A stretch of 32,000 nucleotides of DNA from Dickeya solani IPO 2222. Lineage in GTDB: Bacteria; Pseudomonadota; Gammaproteobacteria; Enterobacterales; Enterobacteriaceae. The notes beneath the pieces were generated by a model. The model searched no databases and was not told the origin of the DNA. It saw nothing but the letters and a program-made list of their open reading frames with translations. Position 1 is the stretch's first letter, and each line of letters begins with the position of its first letter. Both the position numbers and the translations under genes were made by a program. The DNA is taken from the NCBI RefSeq assembly GCF_001644705.1, contig NZ_CP015137.1, positions 4,710,001 through 4,742,000 on the forward strand. Reading direction: 5' to 3'. Shown one piece after another: positions 19,901-28,277 of the stretch.

Positions 19901-19956
19901 GGCACTACTCGGTAAAGGCGTTGGCGTTACTCGGTAAAATAGCTGGACTCGGTAAA
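19895..19956. repeat. Tandem array of about 2.8 copies of a 22-bp unit with core ACTCGGTAAA
   Basis: Copy 1 is 19895-19916 (GGCGTTGGCACTACTCGGTAAA). Copy 2 is 19917-19938 (GGCGTTGGCGTTACTCGGTAAA) and differs by 2 nt. Copy 3 is 19939-19956 (ATAGCTGGACTCGGTAAA), an 18-nt copy that keeps the core. Copy 1 overlaps the right arm of the 19872-19900 hairpin. Confidence 0.9.
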
Positions 19957-19986
19957 AAAGCCGGTTACCATCGCTGGCGACCGCCG

Positions 19987-21567
19987 TTACCGCCCCAGAA
20001 ACAACCGGGGCTGGGCTGCGTTGGAAGCCACCTGGAATACCGCTACCGCCTGTACCAGCTGCTGAGCCTGTTCTTTCAGGTTCTCCGCCGCCGCCGCGCT
20101 CTCTTCTACCAGTGCGGCGTTCTGCTGTGTGACCGTGTCGATCTGCGTGATGGCCTGACCCACCTGTTTCACTCCCGAACTTTGTTCCAGGCTGGACGCG
20201 CTGATTTCCGACACAATATCGGTGACCTGATTGATCGCCGCCACAATCTGCGTCATGGTTGCGCCGGTTTCATCTACCAGTTGGCTACCTTGTTCAACCT
20301 GCCCGACACTGTTGGTAATCAACGTGCTGATCTCCTTGGCAGCGTTCGCGCTTCGCTGCGCAAGACTGCGCACTTCGGAAGCGACGACCGCAAAACCACG
20401 CCCTTGCTCGCCCGCCCGCGCCGCTTCCACCGCCGCATTCAGCGCCAGAATATTGGTCTGGAAAGCGATGCTGTCGATCACGTTGATGATGTCCGAAATC
20501 TTTTTCGAACTGTCGTTGATACCTTTCATGGTTTCGATCACGCGTTCAACCATGTTCCCGCCTTCCGCCGCCAGCGTCGATGCGCCTAACGCCAACTGAT
20601 TAGCCTGGCGCGCGTTTTCAGCATTATTGCTGACGGTAGAGCCTAACTGCTCCATAGTGGCGGACGTCTGTTGCAGCGCGCTGGCCTGTTCTTCCGTGCG
20701 CTGACTCAGGTCCTGATTACCCTGAGATATCTGGATACTTGCGGTCGCCAAACTTTCCGCATTGCTGCGCACGCTGGTGACAATCCCTGACAGAGACGAC
20801 TGCATCTCTTGCAGTTGGGCCAGCAGGCTCACATGGTCATGGTCCTTCACCGGGATTAGATTGGAAAGAACGCCTTGCGCCATCTGGCTGACCACCTGTG
20901 CCGCCACTACCGGCTCGCCGCCCAGTTGCCGCAGCAGGCTGCGCAGAATCACCGCGCCCAGCACCACCGACCCCAGCGTAACGATGCCTGCGGCAAGCAG
21001 TGAAATGATACGCGTCGTGACATCGCTGTTTTGCTGCTCAACCACCACCTTGTTCGCCAGATCATCCTGATATTTTTTTAACGCGGACAATTCGCCAAAT
21101 GTCTTGTCAGCCGGCCCCTTAACTTCATTTTTATTAATTTCGCTGGCGTTTTTCATATCGCCAGACTCAACGGCCTGTACCTGATGCTCCATGCCTTTGC
21201 GCATTAACGTGTACGACGACACCAGCCCGTCAAACGACTGTGCCATGCTGGGATCAATAATGGTTTTCAGTTTACTTAACAGCCCTTCTACCTTCGTGAA
21301 GTTTTCGGTGTTCTGGCTTTTCCATCCGGCAATCGATGTGGGATCGCCAATGGCGATCATACGCAAAATGTTGATGTCCACACGCGTAAGCAGGCCGTCA
21401 ATCTGGCCGATAATCGACGCGGCCTGATAGTCCTTTTCATACAGACGTTGTAATTCTGCGGTGGTGGCGGTCTGGCGGGAGAGCAGAAATACCGCCAGCA
21501 CCATAAAGGAAATAATGATAGCGGCGATCATCATCGCCAGCTTTTTTTTAACAGTCCATACATTCAT
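19987..21567 (-). CDS. Methyl-accepting chemotaxis protein (two TM segments, four-helix-bundle-type periplasmic sensor, canonical MA signalling domain)
   Basis: The 526-aa ORF has TM1 [21 protein letters not shown], a periplasmic region of about 150 aa that looks helical, and TM2 [22 protein letters not shown] followed by LRQLGGEP. The highly conserved hairpin tip is present ([40 protein letters not shown]). The C-terminus ends ...QPRLFLGR with no NWETF-type pentapeptide. The ligand is unknown. Confidence 0.92.
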   Translation of the reverse strand: MNVWTVKKKLAMMIAAIIISFMVLAVFLLSRQTATTAELQRLYEKDYQAASIIGQIDGLLTRVDINILRMIAIGDPTSIAGWKSQNTENFTKVEGLLSKLKTIIDPSMAQSFDGLVSSYTLMRKGMEHQVQAVESGDMKNASEINKNEVKGPADKTFGELSALKKYQDDLANKVVVEQQNSDVTTRIISLLAAGIVTLGSVVLGAVILRSLLRQLGGEPVVAAQVVSQMAQGVLSNLIPVKDHDHVSLLAQLQEMQSSLSGIVTSVRSNAESLATASIQISQGNQDLSQRTEEQASALQQTSATMEQLGSTVSNNAENARQANQLALGASTLAAEGGNMVERVIETMKGINDSSKKISDIINVIDSIAFQTNILALNAAVEAARAGEQGRGFAVVASEVRSLAQRSANAAKEISTLITNSVGQVEQGSQLVDETGATMTQIVAAINQVTDIVSEISASSLEQSSGVKQVGQAITQIDTVTQQNAALVEESAAAAENLKEQAQQLVQAVAVFQVASNAAQPRLFLGR

Positions 21568-21661
21568 AGGTTGTTCTCAAATGATAGCGATCTGATGAAA
21601 TAGGTACAGATGACCTTACGGTATGATCTGTCATGTGACGAAATTGTTTCGTACCTAAATG

Positions 21662-21689
21662 GTATCGACAGCAGGCGAGGTACCCTTGA
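21662..21689 (-). promoter_or_regulatory. Weak candidate sigma-28 (FliA) promoter for the MCP gene
   Basis: The minus strand reads TCAAGGGT-N12-GTCGATAC, against the consensus TAAAGTTT-N11-GCCGATAA. That is 5/8 and 6/8 matches with a spacer one nt too long. It lies about 95 nt upstream of the ATG and is a pattern match only. Confidence 0.2.
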
Positions 21690-21828
21690 ACGCAAAAGAT
21701 AATTTAATGACTGAAAGATCAGGTATGAATTGTAATAAATAATAAATCGGTGCATTGGACTGATGGGGCGAGGCACAGAAGGCGATACCATCACATCTGG
21801 TAACCTGAACGGATAAAATGGAAAGCGT

Positions 21829-21852
21829 AAAAAAGCGAGCCTTTGGCTCGCT
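21829..21852 (-). terminator. Rho-independent terminator of yoaE
   Basis: On the minus-strand RNA, AGCGAGCC pairs with GGCUCGCU (8-bp stem, 3-nt loop; plus-strand coordinates 21834-21852). It is followed by UUUUU (A-run 21829-21833 on the plus strand). Confidence 0.8.
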
Positions 21853-21891
21853 TCAGCTCGGTTAGATCGACCACAGGATGATGATCTCACT

Positions 21892-21931
21892 CCGGCCGAT
21901 GACTCGTCGGTCAGGACGAGCCTTCGGCCGG
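21892..21931 (-). other. Long imperfect hairpin immediately 3' of the yoaE stop
   Basis: CCGGCCGA (21892-21899) pairs with TCGGCCGG (21924-21931), and CTCGTC (21903-21908) pairs with GACGAG (21915-21920). A symmetric 3x3 internal loop separates the two helices. It lies 6 nt from the stop codon and has no U-tract. It may be an mRNA-stabilising or REP-like structure ahead of the true terminator. Confidence 0.5.
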
Positions 21932-21937
21932 CATAGC

Positions 21938-23491
21938 TTACGCGTCGCCTTCCGCTGGCGTTTCCGGGATACGGACAATGCGAACCAGTTCGATGCGGTA
22001 ATCCGTCGCTTTCACGATCAGGAAGCGTAACCGGTACAGTTCCAGCCAGTCCCCCTCTTTGGGAAACTCGTCGCTGTGCGCCAGCAACAGACCAGCCAGC
22101 GAGGTATAATCCTCTTTCGGATCGACCAAATCCTGCACGTTGAGCACCTGCTGCAACGAATGCAGATCGGTACCGCCTCGCACCAGCCAGCCGTCGCCGT
22201 CTTCGATGATATCCAGCGTTTCATCTTCATCCGGGAATTCGCCGGCGATCGCTTCCAGAATATCCAGCGGCGTAACCAGCCCCTGCACCACGCCAAACTC
22301 GTTGGTGATCATCACCAGGCTGCCTTTCGCGCGGCGCAGCACCGGCAGCAGGTTGATGACATCCAGCGTTTCCGGCACCACGATCGACGGGTTGACGGCG
22401 GCGAACTGTTCCACATCAGTGTGTTCATCCAGCGCCACCAACAGGTCTTTGGCGCGCACCACGCCGACCAGTTCATCCAGCGAGCCGCGACACACCGGGA
22501 ACAGGCTGTGCGGGGTGTCCAGTAGTTGCAAGCGAATGTCTTCCACCGACCGTTCGCAGTCCACCCAGGAAATATCGGTTCGCGGCGTCATCACACTGCG
22601 CAGGGAACGGGAGGCCAGCGTCAATACGCCGCTGATCATATAGCGCTCTTCTTCAGCGAACGTTTCTTCCGGTTGCTGCTGCGGCTGCGCTTCCTGATCG
22701 TCATGGTTGGCTTTTCGTGACCCCATCAGGCGCAGAATCGCTTCGGCTGTGCGCTCGCGCATCGGCCGGTGCGACTGATGTTTAATGAAGTTGTGCCGGG
22801 CGATCTGATTAAACATCTCGATCACGATCGAGAAGCCGATCGCGGCATACAGATAGCCTTTCGGAATATGAAAGCCAAACCCTTCCGCCATCAGACTCAA
22901 ACCGATCATCAGCAGGAAGCTGAGACAGAGCACCACCACCGTTGGATGGGCGTTCACAAAGCGAGTCAGCGGTTTGGATGCCAGCAACATCACGGCCATA
23001 GCGATCACCACGGCGGTCATCATCACGCCTAAATGGTTCACCATCCCTACAGCGGTAATGACCGCGTCGAGGGAGAATACCGCGTCCAGAATAACAATCT
23101 GCACGACCACCGCCCAGAAACTGGCCTGCGCGCGGTTGGCGTTCGGGTCATGCGGGCGGTTTTCCAGCCGCTCATGCAACTCCATCGTGGCTTTGAACAG
23201 CAGGAACAGCCCCCCGGCCAGCAAGATCAGGTCACGGCCGGAAAAGCTGAACTGCCCGACAGAAAACAGCGGTCGCGTCAGCGTCACCATCCAGGAAATC
23301 AGCGATAGCAGGCCAAGCCGCATCAACAGCGCCAGCGACAGACCGATGATACGCGCTTTGTCACGCTGTTTGGCCGGCAGTTTGTCCGCCAGAATGGCAA
23401 TGAACACCAGGTTGTCGATACCCAATACAATTTCGAGTACTACCAACGTCAATAAGCCTGCCCAGATTGAGGGATCCAGCAAAAATTCCAT
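21938..23491 (-). CDS. yoaE: TerC-family membrane protein with CBS pair and CorC/HlyC C-terminal domain (YoaE)
   Basis: The 517-aa [42 protein letters not shown]... is colinear with E. coli YoaE (518 aa). Confidence 0.93.
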   Translation of the reverse strand: MEFLLDPSIWAGLLTLVVLEIVLGIDNLVFIAILADKLPAKQRDKARIIGLSLALLMRLGLLSLISWMVTLTRPLFSVGQFSFSGRDLILLAGGLFLLFKATMELHERLENRPHDPNANRAQASFWAVVVQIVILDAVFSLDAVITAVGMVNHLGVMMTAVVIAMAVMLLASKPLTRFVNAHPTVVVLCLSFLLMIGLSLMAEGFGFHIPKGYLYAAIGFSIVIEMFNQIARHNFIKHQSHRPMRERTAEAILRLMGSRKANHDDQEAQPQQQPEETFAEEERYMISGVLTLASRSLRSVMTPRTDISWVDCERSVEDIRLQLLDTPHSLFPVCRGSLDELVGVVRAKDLLVALDEHTDVEQFAAVNPSIVVPETLDVINLLPVLRRAKGSLVMITNEFGVVQGLVTPLDILEAIAGEFPDEDETLDIIEDGDGWLVRGGTDLHSLQQVLNVQDLVDPKEDYTSLAGLLLAHSDEFPKEGDWLELYRLRFLIVKATDYRIELVRIVRIPETPAEGDA

Positions 23492-23606
23492 GTCAGACTC
23501 CGGAAAATGAACGAGCGAACGACATCAATGCGGCGGCATTGTGCGGCGGAAGCAAAAAGGAAATATCAGTACAAGGCTGAATTCGGCCTGAATGGCCCAC
23601 TGAGTG

Positions 23607-23632
23607 AAAAACACCACCGGCCAGTGCCGGGG
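23607..23632 (-). promoter_or_regulatory. Terminator-like hairpin plus U5 in the putative yoaE leader (candidate attenuator)
   Basis: The minus-strand RNA reads CCCCGGC-ACUG-GCCGG(U)GG followed by UGUUUUU. The stem is 5 GC bp, or 7 with one bulge. It lies 116-141 nt upstream of the yoaE ATG. Whether transcription starts upstream of it is unknown. Confidence 0.3.
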
Positions 23633-23835
23633 AAAAAGAAATGAATCGTCGGTGACAGTCCATAGGAAGGGCGTTTACCCGTTACTCCTCTGTAATTAAA
23701 GGGAGAATAACTTTAGCAGAGTTAATGCCATTTTCCACAACGATTTTTCTCCACTCCGCGAAGCGGGTCGCATTCAGTGGCATCACTGTTCATCCTGAAT
23801 GTATTTCGCCACCGATTATCGACCGGTATCACATA

Positions 23836-23863
23836 ATTTATTTCTTCGCCCCCTAAAATAAAT
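23836..23863. promoter_or_regulatory. AT-rich inverted repeat ATTTATTT-N12-AAATAAAT upstream of manX (possible Mlc/NagC-type operator)
   Basis: The 8-bp arms are perfect (23836-23843 and 23856-23863). The TTATTT...AAATAA half-sites resemble the NagC/Mlc operator family that controls manXYZ in E. coli, but the spacing is one nt longer than the 23-bp consensus as I remember it. It lies about 200 bp upstream of the manX start. Confidence 0.3.
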
Positions 23864-23982
23864 CCTGCGATATCAGGCTGGCCTGAATCGATTCATAACC
23901 CGGTGTGATGAGTGCCGTAAACGCTTTTTGTGCCATCTATCGGGCAAGAAACAGTATTACGACCATACTGAATATCGCTCAC

Positions 23983-24005
23983 GGATAAACGTGACTAATT
24001 TATCC
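23983..24005. promoter_or_regulatory. 23-bp inverted repeat GGATAAA-N9-TTTATCC in the manX promoter/leader
   Basis: The 7-bp arms are perfect (23983-23989 and 23999-24005). It lies 59-81 nt upstream of the manX GTG and could be a DNA operator or a leader RNA hairpin. Confidence 0.3.
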
Positions 24006-24063
24006 AGATTATCAGACAGATTTCACTCTCAACAAAACAGTGATTCATAAAAGGAGGGAGCAA

Positions 24064-25020
24064 GTGAGTATTGCCATCATGCTATGCACTCACGGCGCCA
24101 CTGCCGGTCCGCTGCTAAATACAGCTGAAATGATTCTTGGTGAACAAAGTAACGTTGGCTGGATTGATTTTGTTCCCGGCGAAAACGCCGAGATTCTGAT
24201 GGAAAAATATCAGGCGAAGCTGACCGAACTGAACACTTCGGAAGGTGTGCTTTTTCTGGTGGACACTTGGGGAGGTAGCCCGTTCAACGCCGCCAGCCGT
24301 CTGGTGAATGACAAGAAAAATCATGAAGTAATCGCCGGGGTCAATATTCCAATGCTGGCCGAGACGTTTATGGCCCGCGATGATAACCCTAAATTTGGCG
24401 AACTGGTGGCGATCGCGGTGGAGGCCGGTCGCGCAGGCGTCAAAGCGCTGAAGGCGCCCGACCCGGAGAAAACGCCCCGCCCTGCGCCCGTCATCGCCAA
24501 ACCGGCAGCTACGCCGGGAGCCGGCGGGCACATGAAGATCGGGCTGGTGCGTATTGACGACCGCCTGATCCACGGGCAGGTCGCCACCCGCTGGACCAAG
24601 GAAACCAACGTCAACCGGATTATTGTGGTCAGTGACGAAGTGGCGGCGGACAACGTGCGAAAAACCCTGCTGACGCAGGTAGCCCCGCCCGGTGTCTCGG
24701 CCCACGTGGTCGACGTCGCCAAGGCGGTCAGGGTTTACAATAACCCGAAATACGCCTCTGACCGCGTCATGCTGCTGTTCACCAACCCGACCGACGTGCT
24801 GCGGCTGGTGGAGGATGACGTCAAGATTACCTCGGTCAACATCGGCGGCATGGCCTATCGTCAGGGCAAAACCCAGGTCAATAACGCCGTCTCGATTGAC
24901 GACAAGGATATCGCGGCATTCAACAAGCTCCATGAGCGCGGTATTGAACTGGAAGTCCGCAAAGTGTCGACAGATACCAAAATCAATATGATGGATTTGA
25001 TCACCAAGGTGGCGCGTTAA
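24064..25020 (+). CDS. manX: PTS mannose transporter subunit IIAB (ManX)
   Basis: The product is colinear with E. coli ManX (TAEMILGEQSNVGWIDFVPGENAE, LVDTWGGSPFNAASR, an Ala/Pro linker, RIDDRLIHGQVATRWTKE, VNIGGMAYRQGKTQV). The track start at 24040 is GTG. The homologous start is GTG 24064 (VSIAIMLCTHG versus MTIAIVIGTHG), with AGGAGG 6 nt upstream. Confidence 0.93.
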   Translation: MSIAIMLCTHGATAGPLLNTAEMILGEQSNVGWIDFVPGENAEILMEKYQAKLTELNTSEGVLFLVDTWGGSPFNAASRLVNDKKNHEVIAGVNIPMLAETFMARDDNPKFGELVAIAVEAGRAGVKALKAPDPEKTPRPAPVIAKPAATPGAGGHMKIGLVRIDDRLIHGQVATRWTKETNVNRIIVVSDEVAADNVRKTLLTQVAPPGVSAHVVDVAKAVRVYNNPKYASDRVMLLFTNPTDVLRLVEDDVKITSVNIGGMAYRQGKTQVNNAVSIDDKDIAAFNKLHERGIELEVRKVSTDTKINMMDLITKVAR

Positions 25021-25092
25021 CACGCCCGGAACAACGAACGGATTGTGTAACGACGTTATTTTTCGGACTACTATTCTCACAGGAGAAGTACC

Positions 25093-25890
25093 ATGGAGAT
25101 CACCACGCTTCAAATCGTGCTGATATTTATCGTGGCCTGTATTTCAGGTATGGGTTCTATTCTCGACGAATTCCAGTTTCACCGGCCGCTGGTGGCTTGT
25201 ACCCTGATCGGGCTGGTGCTGGGCGACATCAAAACCGGGATCATTATCGGCGGTACGCTGGAAATGATCGCGCTGGGCTGGATGAACATCGGGGCCGCCG
25301 TTGCGCCTGATGCGGCGCTGGCCTCCATTATTTCCACCATTTTGGTCATCGCCGGCGGGCAAAGCGTCGGCGCCGGGATTGCGCTGGCGATTCCACTGGC
25401 GGCCGCAGGCCAGGTACTGACCATTATTGTACGCACCATCACCGTCGCCTTCCAGCATGCCGCCGACAGCGCGGCCGAGCGCGGCAACCTTTCCGCCATC
25501 AGTTGGATTCATGTTTCCGCCCTGCTGTTGCAGGCCATGCGCATCGCCATTCCGGCGGTGATTGTCGCCATCTCGGTCGGGACTGAAGCGGTGCACGGCC
25601 TGCTCTCCTCCATCCCCGAGGTGGTCACCACCGGTCTGAACATCGCCGGCGGCATGATCGTGGTCGTCGGTTATGCCATGGTCATCAATATGATGCGGGC
25701 CGGTTATCTGATGCCTTTCTTTTATCTGGGGTTCGTTACCGCCGCCTTCACTAACTTCAATCTGGTGGCGCTGGGCGTCATCGGTGTCGTCATGGCAGTG
25801 CTGTACATCCAGCTCAGCCCCAAATACAACAAGACTCAGGGTGTGGCGGCTTCATCGTCAAACAACGATCTTGATAACGAACTGGATTAA
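25093..25890 (+). CDS. manY: PTS mannose transporter subunit IIC (ManY)
   Basis: The 265-aa hydrophobic ORF MEITTLQIVLIFIVACISGMGSILDEFQFHRPLVACTLIGLVLGD... is colinear with E. coli ManY. AGGAGAAG lies upstream. Confidence 0.95.
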   Translation: MEITTLQIVLIFIVACISGMGSILDEFQFHRPLVACTLIGLVLGDIKTGIIIGGTLEMIALGWMNIGAAVAPDAALASIISTILVIAGGQSVGAGIALAIPLAAAGQVLTIIVRTITVAFQHAADSAAERGNLSAISWIHVSALLLQAMRIAIPAVIVAISVGTEAVHGLLSSIPEVVTTGLNIAGGMIVVVGYAMVINMMRAGYLMPFFYLGFVTAAFTNFNLVALGVIGVVMAVLYIQLSPKYNKTQGVAASSSNNDLDNELD

Positions 25891-25904
25891 CAGGAGAGCA
25901 AGAA

Positions 25905-26741
25905 ATGGTGGATACGACAAAAAAACTGACTCCCAGCGATATTCGCGCCGTATTTCTGCGTTCTAACCTGTTCCAGGGGTCGTGGAATTTCGAACGCATG
26001 CAGGCACTGGGGTTCTGCTTTTCCATGGTACCGGTGATCCGTCGCCTTTACCCGGAGAATTCGGAAGAGCGTAAGCAGGCAATCAAACGTCATCTGGAGT
26101 TTTTCAATACCCAGCCTTTTGTCGCCGCGCCGGTGTTGGGCGTGACCATGGCGATGGAAGAACAGCGCGCCAACGGCGCACCGATTGACGACGCGGCAAT
26201 CAACGGCCTGAAGGTCGGGCTGATGGGGCCGCTGGCTGGCGTCGGCGATCCGATATTCTGGGGAACCGCGCGTCCGGTCTTCGCCGCGCTCGGCGCGGGT
26301 ATCGCGATGAGCGGCAGCCTACTCGGGCCGATCCTGTTTTTCGTACTGTTTAATCTGGTGCGTTTGCTGGTGCGTTATTACGGCGTCGCCTACGGCTACC
26401 GCAAAGGCGCGGATATCGTGAGCGACATGGGCGGCGGTCTCCTGCAGAAAATGACCGAAGGGGCATCGATTCTGGGGCTGTTCGTCATGGGCGCGCTGGT
26501 CAACAAATGGACCCACGTCAACATCCCGCTGGTGGTGTCGCGTGTAACCGGACAGGATGGGAAGACGGCCGTCACCACGGTGCAATCGATCCTTGATCAG
26601 TTGATGCCCGGTCTGGTGCCGTTACTGCTGACGTTTGGCTGTATGTGGCTGCTGCGGCGCAAGGTTAATGCGCTCTGGCTGATCGTCGGCTTTTTCGTTA
26701 TCGGCATCATAGGCTACTGGATAGGCCTGTTGGGGCTCTGA
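25905..26741 (+). CDS. manZ: PTS mannose transporter subunit IID (ManZ)
   Basis: The 278-aa ORF ...KKLTPSDIRAVFLRSNLFQGSWNFERMQALGFCFSMVPVIRRLY...HLEFFNTQPFVAAPVLGVTMAMEE is colinear with E. coli ManZ. Confidence 0.95.
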   Translation: MVDTTKKLTPSDIRAVFLRSNLFQGSWNFERMQALGFCFSMVPVIRRLYPENSEERKQAIKRHLEFFNTQPFVAAPVLGVTMAMEEQRANGAPIDDAAINGLKVGLMGPLAGVGDPIFWGTARPVFAALGAGIAMSGSLLGPILFFVLFNLVRLLVRYYGVAYGYRKGADIVSDMGGGLLQKMTEGASILGLFVMGALVNKWTHVNIPLVVSRVTGQDGKTAVTTVQSILDQLMPGLVPLLLTFGCMWLLRRKVNALWLIVGFFVIGIIGYWIGLLGL

Positions 26742-26748
26742 ATCTACC

Positions 26749-26770
26749 GGCCGGGGCAACCCGGCCATTT
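26749..26770 (+). terminator. manXYZ terminator hairpin
   Basis: GGCCGGG (26749-26755) pairs with CCCGGCC (26760-26766) around a GCAA tetraloop, followed by ATTTCTC. It starts 8 nt after the manZ stop. Confidence 0.6.
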
Positions 26771-26853
26771 CTCATCCCGGACGATACGCTCTGCTTTCAT
26801 CACTCTAGCCAATTGTTTTAAATCCTGTATTCACGCCTCCACCGGAGTTGCTC

Positions 26854-27312
26854 ATGACTTTCACCGACGTCGTTCTGATGGTATCCATTGCTCTGGCCCT
26901 GCTGTATGCAATTTACGATGAATTCATCATGGATCGGCGGCAAGGCCAAACTCGACTCAAGGTGCGATTACGGCGGAGGCATAGGCTGGATGCGTTGATC
27001 TTCGTCGTGCTGGTGGTGATACTTGTTTACAAGAACGTCATCACCCATGGCTCATCCCTCACCACGCTGCTGCTTTTCTCGCTAATACTAATGGCGATAT
27101 ATCTGACCATGATTCGCTACCCGAAATTACTCTTCAAAGATCAAGGGTTCTTTTATGCCAATACATATATTTCTTATCACCGTATTAAAAATATGAATTT
27201 ATCGGAAGACGGTATTCTGGTGATAGATCTTGAAAAAAGACGGCTACTTATTGCAGTCATGGAATTGAATGATCTGGAAAAAATATATAAATTCATGATT
27301 GAAAATCAATAA
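26854..27312 (+). CDS. yobD: UPF0266 inner-membrane protein YobD
   Basis: The product is colinear with E. coli YobD (152 aa; [43 protein letters not shown]). The track start at 26848 is TTG. ATG 26854 ([10 protein letters not shown]) has GGAG 6 nt upstream and gives 152 aa. Confidence 0.88.
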   Translation: MTFTDVVLMVSIALALLYAIYDEFIMDRRQGQTRLKVRLRRRHRLDALIFVVLVVILVYKNVITHGSSLTTLLLFSLILMAIYLTMIRYPKLLFKDQGFFYANTYISYHRIKNMNLSEDGILVIDLEKRRLLIAVMELNDLEKIYKFMIENQ

Positions 27313-27433
27313 GTTAAATAATCACCGCCTTGTATAAAAATAACAATGCTTATTCCCGCAAAAAATGTGCTGCTATTTTAACCATATGGTTATTGATGTA
27401 ATTTCCGACAGTTGTTTCCAATTCATCACAGAT

Positions 27434-27452
27434 GAAAATAATTATCAATTGC
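27434..27452. promoter_or_regulatory. Fur-box-like sequence upstream of the mntP leader
   Basis: GAAAATAATTATCAATTGC matches 13 of 19 positions of the Fur consensus GATAATGATAATCATTATC. E. coli mntP is known to be Fur- and MntR-regulated. It overlaps the inverted repeat ATCAAT-TGC-ATTGAT (27444-27458). This is a pattern match only. Confidence 0.3.
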
Positions 27453-27512
27453 ATTGATAACCCATATATTATTTATTGTTGTTTAATGCGGGAATAATAT
27501 GATATCGTTGCG

Positions 27513-27630
27513 CCGTCCTTGGGGAGTAGCCGGTTCCTGAAACCTCAAATTCAGGAATGCTCGTATCAACATACTCGTTCTTCACTGAACGTGGTACGAG
27601 CGGCCAGGTTGGCAGGCGAGACCATAGACA
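27513..27630 (+). promoter_or_regulatory. yybP-ykoY manganese riboswitch in the mntP 5' leader
   Basis: All the signature elements are present: GGGGAGTAGC (27521-27530), CAACATAC (27567-27574) and TTGGCAGGCGAGACC (27609-27623). Supporting helices are TTCCTGAA/TTCAGGAA (27534-27541 / 27550-27557), GCTCGTA/TACGAGC (27559-27565 / 27595-27601) and CGTTC/GAACG (27576-27580 / 27587-27591). It sits directly upstream of mntP, as in E. coli. The ORF-track entry 27519..27770 falls on this RNA element. Confidence 0.88.
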
Positions 27631-27699
27631 CGCGATCCGTCGTCTGGTTGGGGGTGGGTTGCGTGGATATGGAGACCCGCCCAGCCGAGGCTATTACAC

Positions 27700-28272
27700 A
27701 TGAATTTATCCGCTACGCTTATTCTTGCTTTTGGCATGTCTATGGACGCTTTTGCTGCGTCTATTGGTAAAGGTGCCGCCCTGCATAATCCCCGTTTCCG
27801 CGAAGCCATCCGAACCGGTTTGATCTTCGGCCTGATTGAGGCCTTGACGCCATTAATCGGTTGGGCGCTGGGGTTTTATGCCAGCCGTTTTATTATCGCC
27901 TGGGACCACTGGGTGGCTTTCAGCCTGCTGCTGATTTTAGGTGGCCGCATGATTATGGAAGGGCTGAAAGTCGAAGACAGCTGCAACTGTGAAAAAATAT
28001 CCAAACACAGCCTGTTCATTCTGGTCTGCACGGCTGTCGCCACCAGTCTGGACGCCATGGCGATTGGCGTCGGTCTGGCTTTCCTGCAGGTGAATATCTT
28101 CCATACCGCTATGGTTATCGGCTGCGCTACCATGATTATGGTGACCATTGGCATGATGATTGGCCGCTATGTCGGTCCGATCCTTGGCAAACGTGCCGAG
28201 ATCCTCGGCGGTATCGTACTGATCGGCATTGGCTGCAACATTCTTTACGAACACCTGCTCGACCTCGCCTGA
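27700..28272 (+). CDS. mntP: Manganese efflux pump MntP (YebN)
   Basis: The 190-aa [32 protein letters not shown]...[19 protein letters not shown]...[15 protein letters not shown] is colinear with E. coli MntP. Confidence 0.95.
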   Translation: MNLSATLILAFGMSMDAFAASIGKGAALHNPRFREAIRTGLIFGLIEALTPLIGWALGFYASRFIIAWDHWVAFSLLLILGGRMIMEGLKVEDSCNCEKISKHSLFILVCTAVATSLDAMAIGVGLAFLQVNIFHTAMVIGCATMIMVTIGMMIGRYVGPILGKRAEILGGIVLIGIGCNILYEHLLDLA

Positions 28273-28277
28273 TACGC

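Noticed and set aside
21564-21890. 108-aa minus-strand ORF filling the MCP upstream region.
   Set aside because: It begins upstream of and reads through the yoaE rho-independent terminator (21829-21852). It overlaps the MCP start, and its sequence is low-complexity and Ser/Arg/Phe-rich.
23681-23692. AGAGGAGTAAC in the yoaE leader (minus strand), resembling the GGGGAGTAGC box of the Mn riboswitch found upstream of the TerC-family gene alx.
   Set aside because: The partner elements (CAACATAC and GGCA..GAGACC) and the four-helix architecture are absent, so it is not a yybP-ykoY aptamer.
24115-25113. 332-aa ORF antisense to manX, and 24321..24722(-) and 24692..24991(+) in the same region.
   Set aside because: These are shadow frames of the highly conserved manX gene. 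They have no SD and no homology I recognise, and their composition is typical of antisense translation.
9323-27015. Chi (GCTGGTGG) orientation flip. There are five sites on the minus strand (9323, 10934, 11393, 13745, 15167) and four on the plus strand (24804, 25188, 26528, 27008), which could hint at a replichore boundary or an inversion.
   Set aside because: Every site lies on the coding strand of its host gene, so the flip simply follows gene orientation. The same gene orientations exist in E. coli, well away from the terminus, and the numbers are too small for inference.
27519-27770. 83-aa ORF (and antisense 27582..27809) upstream of and overlapping mntP.
   Set aside because: It coincides with the yybP-ykoY riboswitch and reads into mntP out of frame, so this region is an RNA element and not coding.
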